From NCBI GenBank assembly GCA_028023455.1, contig JAQFVV010000005.1:9052001-9116000 (forward strand): a stretch of DNA of 64,000 nucleotides, given 5' to 3'. How positions within the stretch are numbered: position 1 is the stretch's first letter; each line of letters starts with the position of its first letter. Positions 37,471 to 50,839 of the stretch are shown here, one piece after another. This DNA is from Epiperipatus broadwayi (lineage: Eukaryota; Animalia; Onychophora). The notes beneath the pieces were generated by a model. The model was not told where the DNA came from. It worked only from the letters and a program-made list of their open reading frames with translations, and did not search any database. A program made the translations under genes and the position numbers.

Positions 37471-39207
37471 GTACAACTAAATATAGCATGTGCTACACTT
37501 TTCAAATATATATATATACCATTTCTACAGATATATTTGTATCATTTTCAAATATATAATTCTTCAAAACATAAATTATCATATTTTTATGTTAATTTAT
37601 GTAATTTATTATAAAAAGTAAGGAAAATAAATTAAATTAAACCATAGTAATATACTTTCTATATATATATACTGAACAATGATAAATATATATGTAAGAG
37701 ATTGTGGTCTGGGCCAACTGATGAGTGCTGGTTCAGCATGAAATGTGCATCTTGGGAATTATAAATCTTTTTCACCTCTTTGGTCATATATTTATGATTA
37801 TATCTCTTCTTAAGTTGTTAAAAGTGTATAAAAAGCAGCTTGTGTGAGAGTGATGTAGTGAAAATTACACTACAGAAATATTCATTATTGGATAATCTCT
37901 AGTCTAATAAATGACTAATAAAAATCATTAAGTTTTACAATATTTTAAAACATAATTTCATTTATATATTTTCTTACTTTATATGTATATATATAAGTTT
38001 TTCATCTAATCGACAATAACACTGTTTTTAATAGACTGTATTTAGAAAAATGTTAACTAAAAAATTTAGAATTTGTAATAAAAAAGTCAAATTTTTAATT
38101 TGATGTGCTGGGATTCCAATCAGAAAATGTCAGAAGAATATGGTTGCTGTTACAATGCTTGGCAAGAATTGCAGCTTCAATTTTGACATCAATTAGATAT
38201 ATTTTATTTTTATTTTTGAGAAAGAGTGATATTTTAATATATATAATTTTTAAATTAACTTCTTTCTTTAGCATTTATATATTTTATACAATTTAAAAAC
38301 ATTTCTACCATATGTGTTAAAAAGATCTACATTAAATTGAATTTTATATTAAATTGTACATAGGTTTATACATAATGTGAATGCACATACTGTTTCCTAT
38401 CAAACAAATTTTGATATCTATTGTAATAATTGCCCAATCAACACTTGGTAATAATCAAGTTCATAGTAAAATGAAAAATACAATATTTACCAATTAATTT
38501 TAGTTTAGGGAATTTAAAGATAACTAATAGGTGACTGTGTAGATGGTGACTAACAACTTATTTTTAATTGACAAATCTATAATAGTCACAGTAACAATCA
38601 AATTGAACATACATAAAAAACAATATGCAGATTCAATTATATTCACTGACTGCTAATCCCTCCACCTAATACTATTATTCGATTAACAAAATAAATAATC
38701 AGCTTGGATTTCAGATGAGAAATGATAAACAACAAAATAATTAACAACAACAATAACTTTAATTAACAGAGTTATATTATTATTATAATAATAATAATAA
38801 TAATAAAAATAGCGCCACCTGGTTACTTACATTGTTGCAGGTAAGAAAAAAGTCTCCTAGTTTTTTTCAAATTAAATGGCTATACAAGTGGATTTTTCCC
38901 TTAAATATTTAAATATGCTATACTCAATGCCTACCCGAGTGTTTTAAGAAATGTGCGTGTCCAGAAATAATTAGTGAACAACGATATAAAAAATCAATAA
39001 TAGTTACGAGTAGTAATTAATTCTCCAGTATGGCGAATAGACATCATTTCAAACAATTATAATTAATAACATTATTTAGAAACAAAAAGTAAAAAGAGTA
39101 GAAGGAAAAATAGCGAAAAAGTTAATAAGTTTTAAATTTTAAAAAATAGTTTAAAAAATCAAAACAAAACTTTACCTTGTTGAAAAATTAATTGCGTAAA
39201 TAATAAA

Positions 39208-40858
39208 ATGGCGACTGCCCAGTCGTCAGCTCAAGAAGCTGGGCCTTCACACCACACAAGAAAAACATATGCAACTATTGCAAAAACTTACCAAGATAAC
39301 GTAAACCTGGGAAAAAATCCCAGATTTAGAAAGACTACGTCAGACGATCTTAAAGACTTGGATCTAGTAAACCAAAATGAAATTGAGCCCCCCCACACAC
39401 AATGGACAGATGATATGCTGGAACAGATTGGGGTCAGATTCAATAATACGATACCTAGAACCCTTTTTTCAACATTCAAAAGATTTTTTACTGAAAAATC
39501 AAGTGTTGGCGGTAACAGACAATCACTGCACTCTCTACCGTTTCCCCAAGGAGCTACTTATTGAAGCACTAAACAAAAATAATTTACTGGAGACAGTACA
39601 ATGCATAGGCGACCATCCAAATAGCAGATATGTAGCGGTTGAGTTTTGTGAAGCTACACAAAGGGATCAATTCAAAAATCATATTAAAACTCTAGGTAAT
39701 TTTGCAATCGTACGAGTTGATGAAAACAGATACAAAAACATCATCGGAGTATTAAAAAATGCCTACTTTGGATATAGCTTTGACGATTTCCAAAGAATGA
39801 TGAATCCACTCGGAAAGGTTACTTTTTTTCAGCAGATATACCTCAAAGAAACATCAGTACCCATATTCACAAATAGTTTCGAATACAAAGTCAAGCTAAA
39901 CAAAGAAATAGACCCAGAAAACATTCCAACACACATAACAGACCAAGAGGCAATGCTATACTTATATATCCGAGGACTAAAGCCACGTTTCGCTTGTGGC
40001 AAAAGAGGCCACATAGCAACGCAATGCAATGAAGAAGTAAATCTAGTGGAAGAGAATAACCACCCCTCACAAAGATTAGAAGGGAAACCAAATAGAGCAC
40101 ACAAATCCACGGAGCAGGAAAACATAGATTTCCCCCCACTCAAGTCAATAATATCAAAAATTAAAATTAATAAAAATAAAACGATAGACCATCCCCCAAG
40201 CAAGTCAATGGAAATAACAATTAACACAAACACGAATGAGGAAGAGGAAAACTTTGAACCCCAGGCAAAATCACTTAGTGACAAGTTAATAGAAAATGAA
40301 AATAATTACATGCAAAAAGAAACAAAAGAACTGCCAAACGGAGATAATAATCAAGCTGAGGACAAAATAATAAACAAAACGACAACTGAAATAATGGATA
40401 CTATCACACAATCCTTTCCAGCAGTTGAAAACACACCTCCGGAAAGTAAACGAAAACAAGCAGAACAAAAAAAAATAGAGAAAATAAATGAAAGCATGCA
40501 AAATGAAGCGAAGGAAATCCCAAAAGTAAATAAATATCAAACAGAACACACAATAATAAATAAAACCGCAACAGAAATCATGGACAGCATTACAGAGTTT
40601 TTTCCAAATGTTGGAAACACACCAACGGAAATTAAAAGAAAGCAGCCCAAAGCAAAAAAAACTAGAGAAAGCAAAAAAATTAAAACAAACGAGCAAGAAC
40701 TTACACAAGTAGACATGCCGGACCAATCATCAGATGAATCTATGGAAATAGAATCACACTTACTGGAAGAAATGACTTTGGAAAACGAAAACAAAGAGAC
40801 TGCAATAGATAAACATGCAAATAGTAAGTCTGCCAGCAGCAAAAAAAAACCGCAATGA
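39208..40858 (+). pseudogene. LINE ORF1 (gag-like), frameshifted near 39480-39550
   Basis: The ORF at 39208-39564 switches to the frame of ORF 39377-40858. The CCHC knuckle is degenerate (RFACGKRGHIATQC, first Cys changed to Arg). Long low-complexity C-terminus. Confidence 0.75.
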
Positions 40859-40991
40859 AAAAATGTTTAGCTCGCAGGTAGGAGATAAAATTCCAGCACT
40901 CTAATCGGAAAAAAATATAAATAATATCCCCTACATACAAAAATATACAATTCAAATGAAGATAAATATTAGTGCAGTAAACGTCTGAGGT

Positions 40992-43900
40992 TTGAATTCC
41001 ATTAAAAGAATGCAGCAAATTAAATTTTGGATACAGACAACACAACCATCCATTTTAGGGCTATTAGAAACAAAAATTTATAGCGGATCCCACTTTGATC
41101 CAGCACTACATATGAATAAAATAGGCTTTTGCGCATGCTCCAGAGATACAGCAACGCCTTCAAATGGCACAGGTATTTTTATCAACCAACAATGCCCATT
41201 CACTACTTTTAAAATAATTTTTATAGATGCAAATCTCCTTATAACAACATTCAATCATAGACAACTTTCAATCAATGTTATTTTTGTATATATACCTCCG
41301 GGGCCAATAGTAATTAGCAGAATAATTTCAACAATAAATTCAATTCTAGCTACCAATCCCCACCCCACTATTCTTGCTGGAGATTTTAATATGACCTATA
41401 AAAAGTTTGTCACAAAATGGTTACACCAACTTACAATACCACTAATGAGCGGGGGAAGGGTTTCTTCCACCGGACTCAGTATCTTTTTACAATAACAGAC
41501 TCGGTACTTTGATTGATCTGCTGTTCTATTCTCCCATGTTACACCACGCAATTGAAGTAAAACTTTCTCCCACCAATTTTTCTGATCATGCAGCACAAAT
41601 AATGAAACTAAATTTAGACACACACTGCAATACTTTTAACAACATACAAAAAACAATAAGAATTCTACTTCCAAATAGTACTCCCGAGGCTCACTTCTCA
41701 GAAATGTATATAATGTTAAACAAATTAAATCAAATTGAACTGGACCCGATCTCCAAATATATAGCATATATAAATACACTCTCGTTTAACATAAATCACA
41801 TTACACAAAAATCCACCCCCCCTTCAAAATTAATCACATTAGCAGAGGAAATAAATAAAAGGATGATACAGGCAAAACCAGTCAAGAATAACCAAACAAA
41901 TATAATAAAGCTAACAAAGTTATACAATCAAACTGTTGATAAACTGAAACAATATCTAGCAATAAAGAAAAAGAAAATTTGTCTCGCACAACAACATACA
42001 TGGACCCACGGATATATTCATTGGGCTTTAGGTTATCCATGCACAAACAAAGTACCCATGGCGCTAGAATGGGAAAATAGAGTGACAGCTGGTTATAATA
42101 TGCTAGACCTTATATATAACTACTTCAAAAAAAACTAACTAAAAATAATCATTTCAAACCACTTGCAGATTATTTTGGCAAGCCAGAAACGGAAACACCT
42201 TTTGAAATAAAAGATTTTGCAATAGTTTTAAACTCAGTCCCAAGCACGTCATCCAGGGATCCCACAATTTGTACTGTCACATCTCAGCCAATTCACAAAT
42301 AAATATTTATGCCAACTTGCAAATCAATTATCACAGAAACTATACAATATACAAGGGCTATATCCAATATCAATGGTCCCATTTATGAAAAAACAAGAAC
42401 CAATTTCCACACTAGCCAATCTCCGACCAATCTCAATGGAGCCATTGGGAATAAAAATACTGGAAAAGGTCATAAAGGATAAAATTGAACAATACATAGT
42501 ACCAATAATATCACAGCATCAATACGTAAAAAAGGGGTCATCCACAGGGTAGGCAGCACTAATATATAAAACGCTAATCAATTCAGTTATTAAAAAGAAA
42601 AAATATGCACCAATGGTAGTCCATCTGGATTTTGAAAGTGCTTTTGACTCTGTCCCAATAGAAACCCTATTGAGTCAGCTAAAAGAAACACAGATACCTA
42701 AAACACATCACGCTCAATGGTAGATCCACATCATTCAATCCCGCAAGGTTCTCTACTAAGCACACTGCTATTTACCTTTTATTTAAATCCACTGCTAGAG
42801 CAAATAAATAAAAAAATTCAAGGAATTCAAATACTAGTACATACATTCCCTGCATAGCTTATATGGATAATGTCACAGTGTTTCTAAACTCAAAAAAGCA
42901 AATACATATACTACAGGAAATAATAGAGGAATACACAAAAAAATTTCAAATTAAAAATTAACATCAATAAATCAATAGCATGGTCAATATACACAGGCAA
43001 AAAAAACACACAAATTTATCAAGGTAAGCCCAGTAATTTCCTGGGTTTTCCTTTCCATTTGGGAATGAGCCAGATGAGAAGGAATATACAAAATAAACTC
43101 AAGTTCGAAGCAGAAAGAATCATAACATCACTCTCCAGATCATATCTCTCACTCTATGCAAAAGTGTCACTATTTAATCAACTTATAATGACTAAAATAA
43201 CTTATACCTGCCAATAATTACTTTTACGAAACAATTTACAAAGTCAATTAACTCACTCTGTAATAAACCATTTTGGAACAGAAAAATAGTAGCAATTTCT
43301 TTAAAGCAACTTAACCAACCAACAAAATGGAATGGCCTTGGACTGCATGCTATACATATTTCTACACACAAAAAACAGTAAATCTACTGATTACAATATT
43401 CTGACGTTTTCCAAACATAGATCCAAAAGAGGAAATCACACCAACGGACCGACCCCCACCCACAGACAATTATATAAATACACTATTGATAAGTATTAAA
43501 AACATTAAAGATAAAATAGCACTGAAGAATCCAATTAAATATACTTATTGGCAAATTCATGATTTTCTAACTCAAAGCCAAGAAAACAACAATAGGATAA
43601 CAGTACTAGGAATAAATAATAGTCAATTACTCAAAAAGTACAAAACATGGTATTTAGAACCTAAATTGTTTGACTTCATCCTCAAATTGAATTTAAATGC
43701 ACTACCTACAGCACATTTCATTCGGTTCAGAAGATTTTACCTAAATGTTGATTCAATGTGTGCTTTATGTCACCGGGAAGAAGAAACACAAGAACATTTA
43801 ATATATCACTGTAAAGGCTTGGAAAAAGTCAGACAATTGATGGTGAATAATTACAGGAAAAGGGAAACCACAATAGAAAAAATGCTAAAAGCTTTCAATG

Positions 43901-44112
43901 AAAATAAAATACCTATAATACATGCAGCAACTTTCAGTATATATGCCTTATGGTGTACTAGATGTGCTTTCACTTTAGGAAACAATCCAAGAAGACATCC
44001 CAACACATATCACAACAAACTAGAAAAACTTAAGGAAAGGGACAATCTTCTAGCACCACCGGACATTTATGCTGCCACTTGGTCGCTATTTAAAATAAAA
44101 GCAGCCTTATAA
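40992..44112 (+). pseudogene. LINE ORF2: AP endonuclease, reverse transcriptase and C-terminal zinc finger, fragmented
   Basis: APE motifs GLLETK, ILAGDFN, IDLLF, SDH. RT motifs LRPIS, LDFESAFDSV, IPQGSLLSTLLF, AYMDNV (~42420-42880). Zinc finger CALCHREEETQEHLIYHC. Many stops and frameshifts. Confidence 0.88.
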
Positions 44113-44335
44113 TGGATAGACCAAATACAACCTCTGAAAAATGGAAAACTGAAATGAACTCATAATAAGAACTGAAATATCTAAAAGGTGTGAACTACAA
44201 AAGACTCTAATGGTTAAAAAAAACAACAGTATATTTTCTGTGTTTCAAAATGTATCCTAGAATATGATGTTTTATACAATGTATTACTTGATAAGAATGT
44301 AACCTTTTTTTTGCCTAATAAAGTTTGCTTTGAAA

Positions 44336-44378
<43 letters not shown>
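44336..44378. repeat. (ATT)n microsatellite forming the LINE tail
   Basis: About 13 perfect ATT units directly after the LINE 3' UTR. Confidence 0.9.
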
Positions 44379-47370
44379 GACATATTTGCATTTAAAATTA
44401 CATGAAGCGCACACATGAAAAGAAAAGATAATAGAAAATTTCGTTAATTACCTTGATATCTTTGTGATCTCACTTACATTTTGTCTCCATAATTATGGAT
44501 ATATGGCCATTAAAATCATTTATTTTAAACATCTATTAGCAATATTAACATTTTAACTTAGGAGTTTTCATTGCAATTTTCCAATGAGCATCAAAATAAG
44601 TAGATTCACAGACTAATTATGAAAGTACATTTATATGCAATAATCAGTTTAGATGACTAGTTTTCTTCTTATAGCAAATAAATATCAAATATTTTTTCAG
44701 CATTAGATAGTAATGATCAAGGCTTACAACTCCATATTCAGCTACAATGCTGGAAAGATCAGAAAAATCAGTCTAGAGGGTTTTCTACTTAATAAAATGC
44801 ATAATATTCATTTAAATAATCCTTACAAATTTTATTGACTTCTTTCCAGTAAAAGAAACATGAAGAACTAACTAGTAACAATAAAATCCTACCTTTTCTT
44901 GGAATGCAGACAATTTTAGAAAGCTTCTGTTTGTTTTCATAGCAATGTTATTTTTATTTAAAGTAATATTCTTTATTGTAAAAAAATAAAATGATAATAA
45001 ATTTTACATTTAACAATGATTATCATCATTTTCAAAACATTTTAAAATTTATTTACACATGACTTTAATATTCTGTAATATATAATAAGAAAAAATATTC
45101 ATCTGAAATGCCTGTAAACTCAGACATGAGATTTAGACTATATAAAGATTGGAATAAAACGATGTGATTACAAGAGACCCAATATGAAAACTGTCAACAC
45201 TTAAACAATACCAGTAACATTAAATATCAAAAATCTATCTGTTGGCAAGGCAAACTCCTAATCAATAAGTGAAAATCCTTATATATATACACACATACCC
45301 AAAGCTTGAATAGCCTTAAATAGTTCATAATAAAACAATGCCTTCTCTAGCATTCTTTCGGAAAGGAATAATAGTTAAATAAAAGATATTCAAAAGTTGA
45401 GTCAATCATTTGAATGTTTTTTTCTTTCCTATTTTATCATCTATCTATGTAAAAATAGTACTCTTTTACTATTTTACTTTTTTTTTTTTTTTTGGATGAC
45501 TGAAAACATTTTTGCTTGCTTGGATAGCATTTTTCCGAACAAACTTTTACTCCAGATTTTTAGCTTAGTCATGATTTGCAGAGATCCTAACCATTACATA
45601 GATCTTTCTTATACATATGTTTATATTAAGTATTTTTAAAATACGTATATATTAAAATTCAATATTTTTCATAATTAATAATGACTAGTAGATAAGTGAA
45701 ACATTCGATTATAAAATAAAAACAGAAAGAATGTACTGCAGTTTGTAGTTAATGTATAATTGTTATAATAAGTTTTAAATTGTGAATAATTTTCAGAAAT
45801 ACTATTAAGAATGAATTTACTTTTTACATTACTTGTATTGTTAATGATTTTGTTATTTTATTTTGTTTAGGTTGGCAATGAATTTTCCCTGAAAAACTCA
45901 TTTTAAACATTTGAAGTTGCTCGCAATTGCCTCCATGAACAGAAATTTGCACTACAAATTGGGTACACATATTCTGCATTCTATTAGCTTATTAAATGGT
46001 ATATTGTTATTCATCAGTTGAATTTTAATTATGATGATTTTAAATTAAGACATTATTAACTCCTTCATCAATCTTCATTGACAGAATCTTATTGAATTAT
46101 TTTTAAATATGTAACTATTGTCATTTTTCAGAATGTGTATATAAATGTAAAGTTCATTTTTAAGTAGTTAATAAAAAGTTTTTATATTGGTTTCTAATCT
46201 TATCTGACAAACTAATTTCAAAAGATGTTTGTTTGATTATGTGATTTTATTTGTGATTAGAAATTATAACATAATTAGTCACAAAATTTTGTATATACAG
46301 ATGGCAATAAATCATACCATTAATGTGATAGCATTGGTTATATGTTTTTTAAAATTAAAAATATATTCATCTGATTGTACTTTTTAAAAAAAAAAAAAAA
46401 TTGATATATATAAAAGCATTTATTTATTGATTTCAAAATTTAGAATATGATGTAATACTAATCATACAAATTATTCCTGCATTAATTTTGGTTGATATGC
46501 AAAGATTCTTAAAAATTATACAGAAATGTTAATCATTTGTTAGTCATAATTATCAAAATAATAAATGTTTTTGAGAATTTTTTAAAACAAAATTGTTTTT
46601 AAAATTTGTCTTATTTTGAAATTGTAATTTAGAAATGTTTATTCTTAATTATTATATAATGAGTTTCTCAAACATTTAAATTGAAAAAAGTATTTGTAAT
46701 GTATTTATATATTTAAAAGATTACTTATTTAATGTCTCTTAGATAAATTTGTAGAAATATTTCAAAGAATTACTTTTATTAAATGCCATTTATATTTTGC
46801 AAAACTATTAAATATTTATAATTGTTTGAATCTAATTTATATTAAAATAATGGCTATATTTGTAAAGTTAATTCTGTTCTTAAACAATACTGTATAAAAT
46901 GAGTTTATGCGAAAGGAGAGACTTTTTTAGTTTAGCATTTTGAGAAAATGCTGTGAAACTGAAAATCCCTTTTGAGAGATTTCATAGCACTCCAAATATA
47001 GATTTTAAAATTACATCAAATAAATCAAGAAAATGTTTAATTATACAAAACATTTGATTATAAAATTGCTCAAAACTGATCACACATCTTTTGTCAAAGA
47101 TAACTTAAAGTACATCTAAAGACCCATACAAAAGAAATCTTTTTGCAGCCAACCAATTTCATGATCACAAAACTGAAATAAAAAGATGTTTAAAAATTTG
47201 TGTAAATAAAATGTCATTCAGAACTTTTAGTAAAAGTATTCTAACAAAGCATGAAAAAATTCATTTAAGAAATAACTTTAGAACAATGAAGTAACTTGTA
47301 TTGTAAAAAAATATTTTTATTTGTTTCTTCTGTAATTATAAAACTTTACAAAAAGCTCATTTAAAACTGC

Positions 47371-48495
47371 ATGAAAAAACTTACTATGGAAAAGTTTTAT
47401 AAATGTAATTTATGTGATTACAAAACTCCTCATAAAACTAATTTAAAATTTCATGAAAGAACTCATACAGGAGAAAAACCATTTAACTGTACTTTTTGTG
47501 ATCACAAGACTTCTAGGAAATTTAGTTTAAAACTACATGAAAGAATTCATACTGGAGAAAAACCCTTTAATTGTAACTTTTGTGATTACAAGACTGCTGT
47601 AAAAGATCATTTAAAATTGCATGAAAGAACTCATACAAGAGAAAAACCCTTTATTTGCAGCGTCTGTGATTACAAGACATCTAGAAAAGCTCATCTAAAA
47701 TTACATGAAAGAATTCATACTGGGGAAAAACTGTTTGACTGCAGCTTTTGTACTTACAAAACTTTATATAAAACAAGTTTAAAAATTCATGAAAAAAATC
47801 ATACAGGCGATAAACCTTTTCATTGTACCTTTTGTAATTACAAGTTTGTTGAAAGAGCTCGCTTAATACATCATGAAAGAACTCATACTGGGGACAAACC
47901 TTTCAAATGCAACTTCTGTGATCACAAGACCTATTGGAAAGCTAGCTTAAAACTGCATGAAAGAACCCATACTGGTGTAAAGCCCTTCAATTGTAGTTTC
48001 TGTGATTACAAGAGTTCTTTAAAATCTAATTTGAAATTGCATGAAAGAACTCATACTGGAGAAAAGCCATATACTTGTGGCTGCTGTGATTACAAAGCTT
48101 CTCAAGTATCTACTTTAAAAGCTCATGAAAAAACTCACACTGGAGAAAAATCATTTAAATGTAGCTTATGTGATTTCATTACTGCACAAAAAGGAAATTT
48201 AAAACTGCATGAAAAAATTCATACTAGACAAAAATGTCATGCAAAAAAAAAATCATTTCACTGCAATCCCAATGACTATAAAAATGTTTCTGAAAATAAG
48301 TTAGTACATTGTAAAAATAATATTCAAATGAAAATGGTTAAACTAAGAAGCCCAAGACAGGATCATTTTAATACTGATTTATTTAAGTGTTGCATGTGTG
48401 GTTATGAAGGTGGAGACAAAAGTGTTTTGGAAAGTCATGAAGTGAATCATTTCACTGATAGTGACACTATTGCGATTCTTATACGGTTGGCTTGA
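47371..48495 (+). CDS. C2H2 zinc-finger protein: 10 tandem fingers with TGEKPF-type linkers plus one isolated C-terminal finger
   Basis: Intact 374-aa ORF with CxxCDYKT...HERTHTGEKP repeats. The true start is uncertain, because out-of-frame decayed fingers lie just upstream (47100-47380). Confidence 0.85.
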   Translation: MKKLTMEKFYKCNLCDYKTPHKTNLKFHERTHTGEKPFNCTFCDHKTSRKFSLKLHERIHTGEKPFNCNFCDYKTAVKDHLKLHERTHTREKPFICSVCDYKTSRKAHLKLHERIHTGEKLFDCSFCTYKTLYKTSLKIHEKNHTGDKPFHCTFCNYKFVERARLIHHERTHTGDKPFKCNFCDHKTYWKASLKLHERTHTGVKPFNCSFCDYKSSLKSNLKLHERTHTGEKPYTCGCCDYKASQVSTLKAHEKTHTGEKSFKCSLCDFITAQKGNLKLHEKIHTRQKCHAKKKSFHCNPNDYKNVSENKLVHCKNNIQMKMVKLRSPRQDHFNTDLFKCCMCGYEGGDKSVLESHEVNHFTDSDTIAILIRLA

Positions 48496-50839
48496 TCTGA
48501 ATATCTATAAAACTGGTTATTGAAAATTTGTTACATTTATGTACAATAAGAATAATCTTTATTCACATAATAATTTCATTACCATAGAATATAACATTTT
48601 AAAAGGTAAATTAGAATAAAAATATATTTCATCAGCTATGAGAAATACATTGTCAATCATGGTGCTTCTTGTGACAGTAAAGAGAAATTGTTGAACAAAA
48701 ATCTGGTTAAAAATGTAAGATGTAAGCAGATTTATAGAAAATGTGCAGATATTGTTTAGTATTTAGATCTTTCTGTGTGTTCATTTTATACTGAACTATT
48801 TTTTAACATCTGTCTGCATTGTTATCTCTGTCTTCCTGTTCAGTGGCAGATCTTGTTACATTTTGATGAATGTCTGACTCTAAATTTTGAAATACATTGT
48901 GGTTTTGGAATAGCTTATTTGACAATTGAAAAAATAATGAGATTCTATTTATTCACAATGCCTTTATAATTTCATACACTAACTTTTGAAAATTTATTTA
49001 TTTTTAAATGTGATTTCAAATATACTTTGTAAATCAATCATATATCAAGTTCTACTGTTTTTCTAGTGATTTTTTTTGTGTATAACAGATATATATTATG
49101 TGTATAATATGTTAATTGTTAATAAAAAAAATACATTTTTATCTTATTTGTTGACAGTCATGATTTATAATTATGGATTAGTATGTTTCTGTAATATATA
49201 ATTACAAGATGTATCATAGCTAGTAGTTAATGTATTATAATATAAAGTTTTAAGTCATTTTATATAGATGTGTATATATTATAATCATAATTTACTAAGG
49301 GGTTTAATAAACAGCCATAATCTGAACATTTTTTTTATGTTAAATTAAGTAAATCAATCACTATTGTTGGTTAGATGGCAGACATAAGGTTAAAAGTGAA
49401 TTTAAACAGCTCTTATAGTACTACCATTGTAATATAGTGGTAGAAAGTTATTCAAAATGTCTTCCAGACACATTTTATTAAGCCAGTGTGTAACAAAAAT
49501 GTGCATCATAGTTTTTCTCTTGTGTGCAAATATAAAAACACATATAAGATAGGGCACTAGATCAATTACAATAAAACAATATTTGAAGCATTAATTTAAT
49601 AGTTATATTACAAAAATTAAACCAATGACATTATAGTTTAACATTTTTTTAAAATGTATGTGTATGCATGAATGAATTTTTCTATAATAAAATATATAGT
49701 CAATTTAAAAAATTACCAGTGTAAAATGATTAAACAGCAGTTGTTCTATTGATTATTAAAGTTCAGCTAATAGGTTATTTATTAGATAAATTTATTAATA
49801 ACATTTTGAGAACTTGAAAATATAATCAAATTAATTATTATTGTGAAATATTTTGAAGTTATAAATTATTTATATATGAAATAAATAATTGTATGTTTTA
49901 TTTGTAGAATAATAATCTAAGTTAAGGTATAATATTAAATTTTTAATATTGAAGTTTATTTTAAAAACATTGTCAAAATTCGTTCTTTTAAAATCCCAGA
50001 TGCTAAAGTTCACCTGATCTCAATTATTACCATAGCAATGGAATAGATTTTTATCTGTAAAATCTTGAAAAGCAAAGAACTTTGGGTAATATTAGATATC
50101 ACAGAGCACATGATAATAAACTGTAAATATCACTCTCCTGTCAAAATTTAAGTAATCTATTACATTACTGTACATCAAGGACTATATCCAATTAAATTTT
50201 AGAATTAGCTATTTTGTTCACCTTCAACGTAAAAGAATAGAGAAACCTACTAGATATTTTGCCTAGCTGGCAAAATATATCTTATCAGCCTAAATTGATT
50301 AGTTGCAGCAACAATAAGGATTATCACTGAATATTATTTAAAAGGAAATCAAATTTAAATGTTTTAAGTCACCAATGGATTTTATAAAATTGCTTATAGG
50401 ATGCTACTATATATAAATATTTCAGAAATCATTTGTCTCTTCTCTGAAATTGGAATAACTTCAAATAAAATTGATTGCCTCGTCCTATGATTTATTGAAT
50501 GTTAAAAACTTTGTATAAATTATGGATTAACATTCAACATATAATTATTCATGGTAGTTTTTGGTTATGCAAACTGTGGCCTTCAGGTGATGCTGCAGAA
50601 CCACCAAGAAGCCCGCAAGTGATAAATTTCTAAAAAAAAAAAAAAAAGGCTGAAATCATTGATGGAAAAAATAAAAATAAAATCTCTGAAATCATCGATG
50701 GACAAAAAAAAAATTGCAAAACCTTAAATACAGAGTAATACATAGTATTTAAATATAGATCTACCCTCCCGTGCGGAGTTTGATTATTTATTCTTTTCTA
50801 GGTTTCGTAATTTAATAAAATGACCTTAACTATAGCTGG

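Larger units (their letters stand above)
38806..44378 (+). mobile_element. Near full-length, inactivated L1/Tx1-clade non-LTR retrotransposon (5' boundary uncertain)
   Basis: Contains a gag-like ORF1 with a zinc knuckle and ORF2 pieces for APE, RT and a C-terminal zinc finger. An AATAAA near 44317 is followed by an (ATT)~13 tail. Confidence 0.88.

Noticed and set aside
39829-41045. Several 80-150 aa minus-strand ORFs
   Set aside because: Antisense shadows of the A-rich LINE ORF1.
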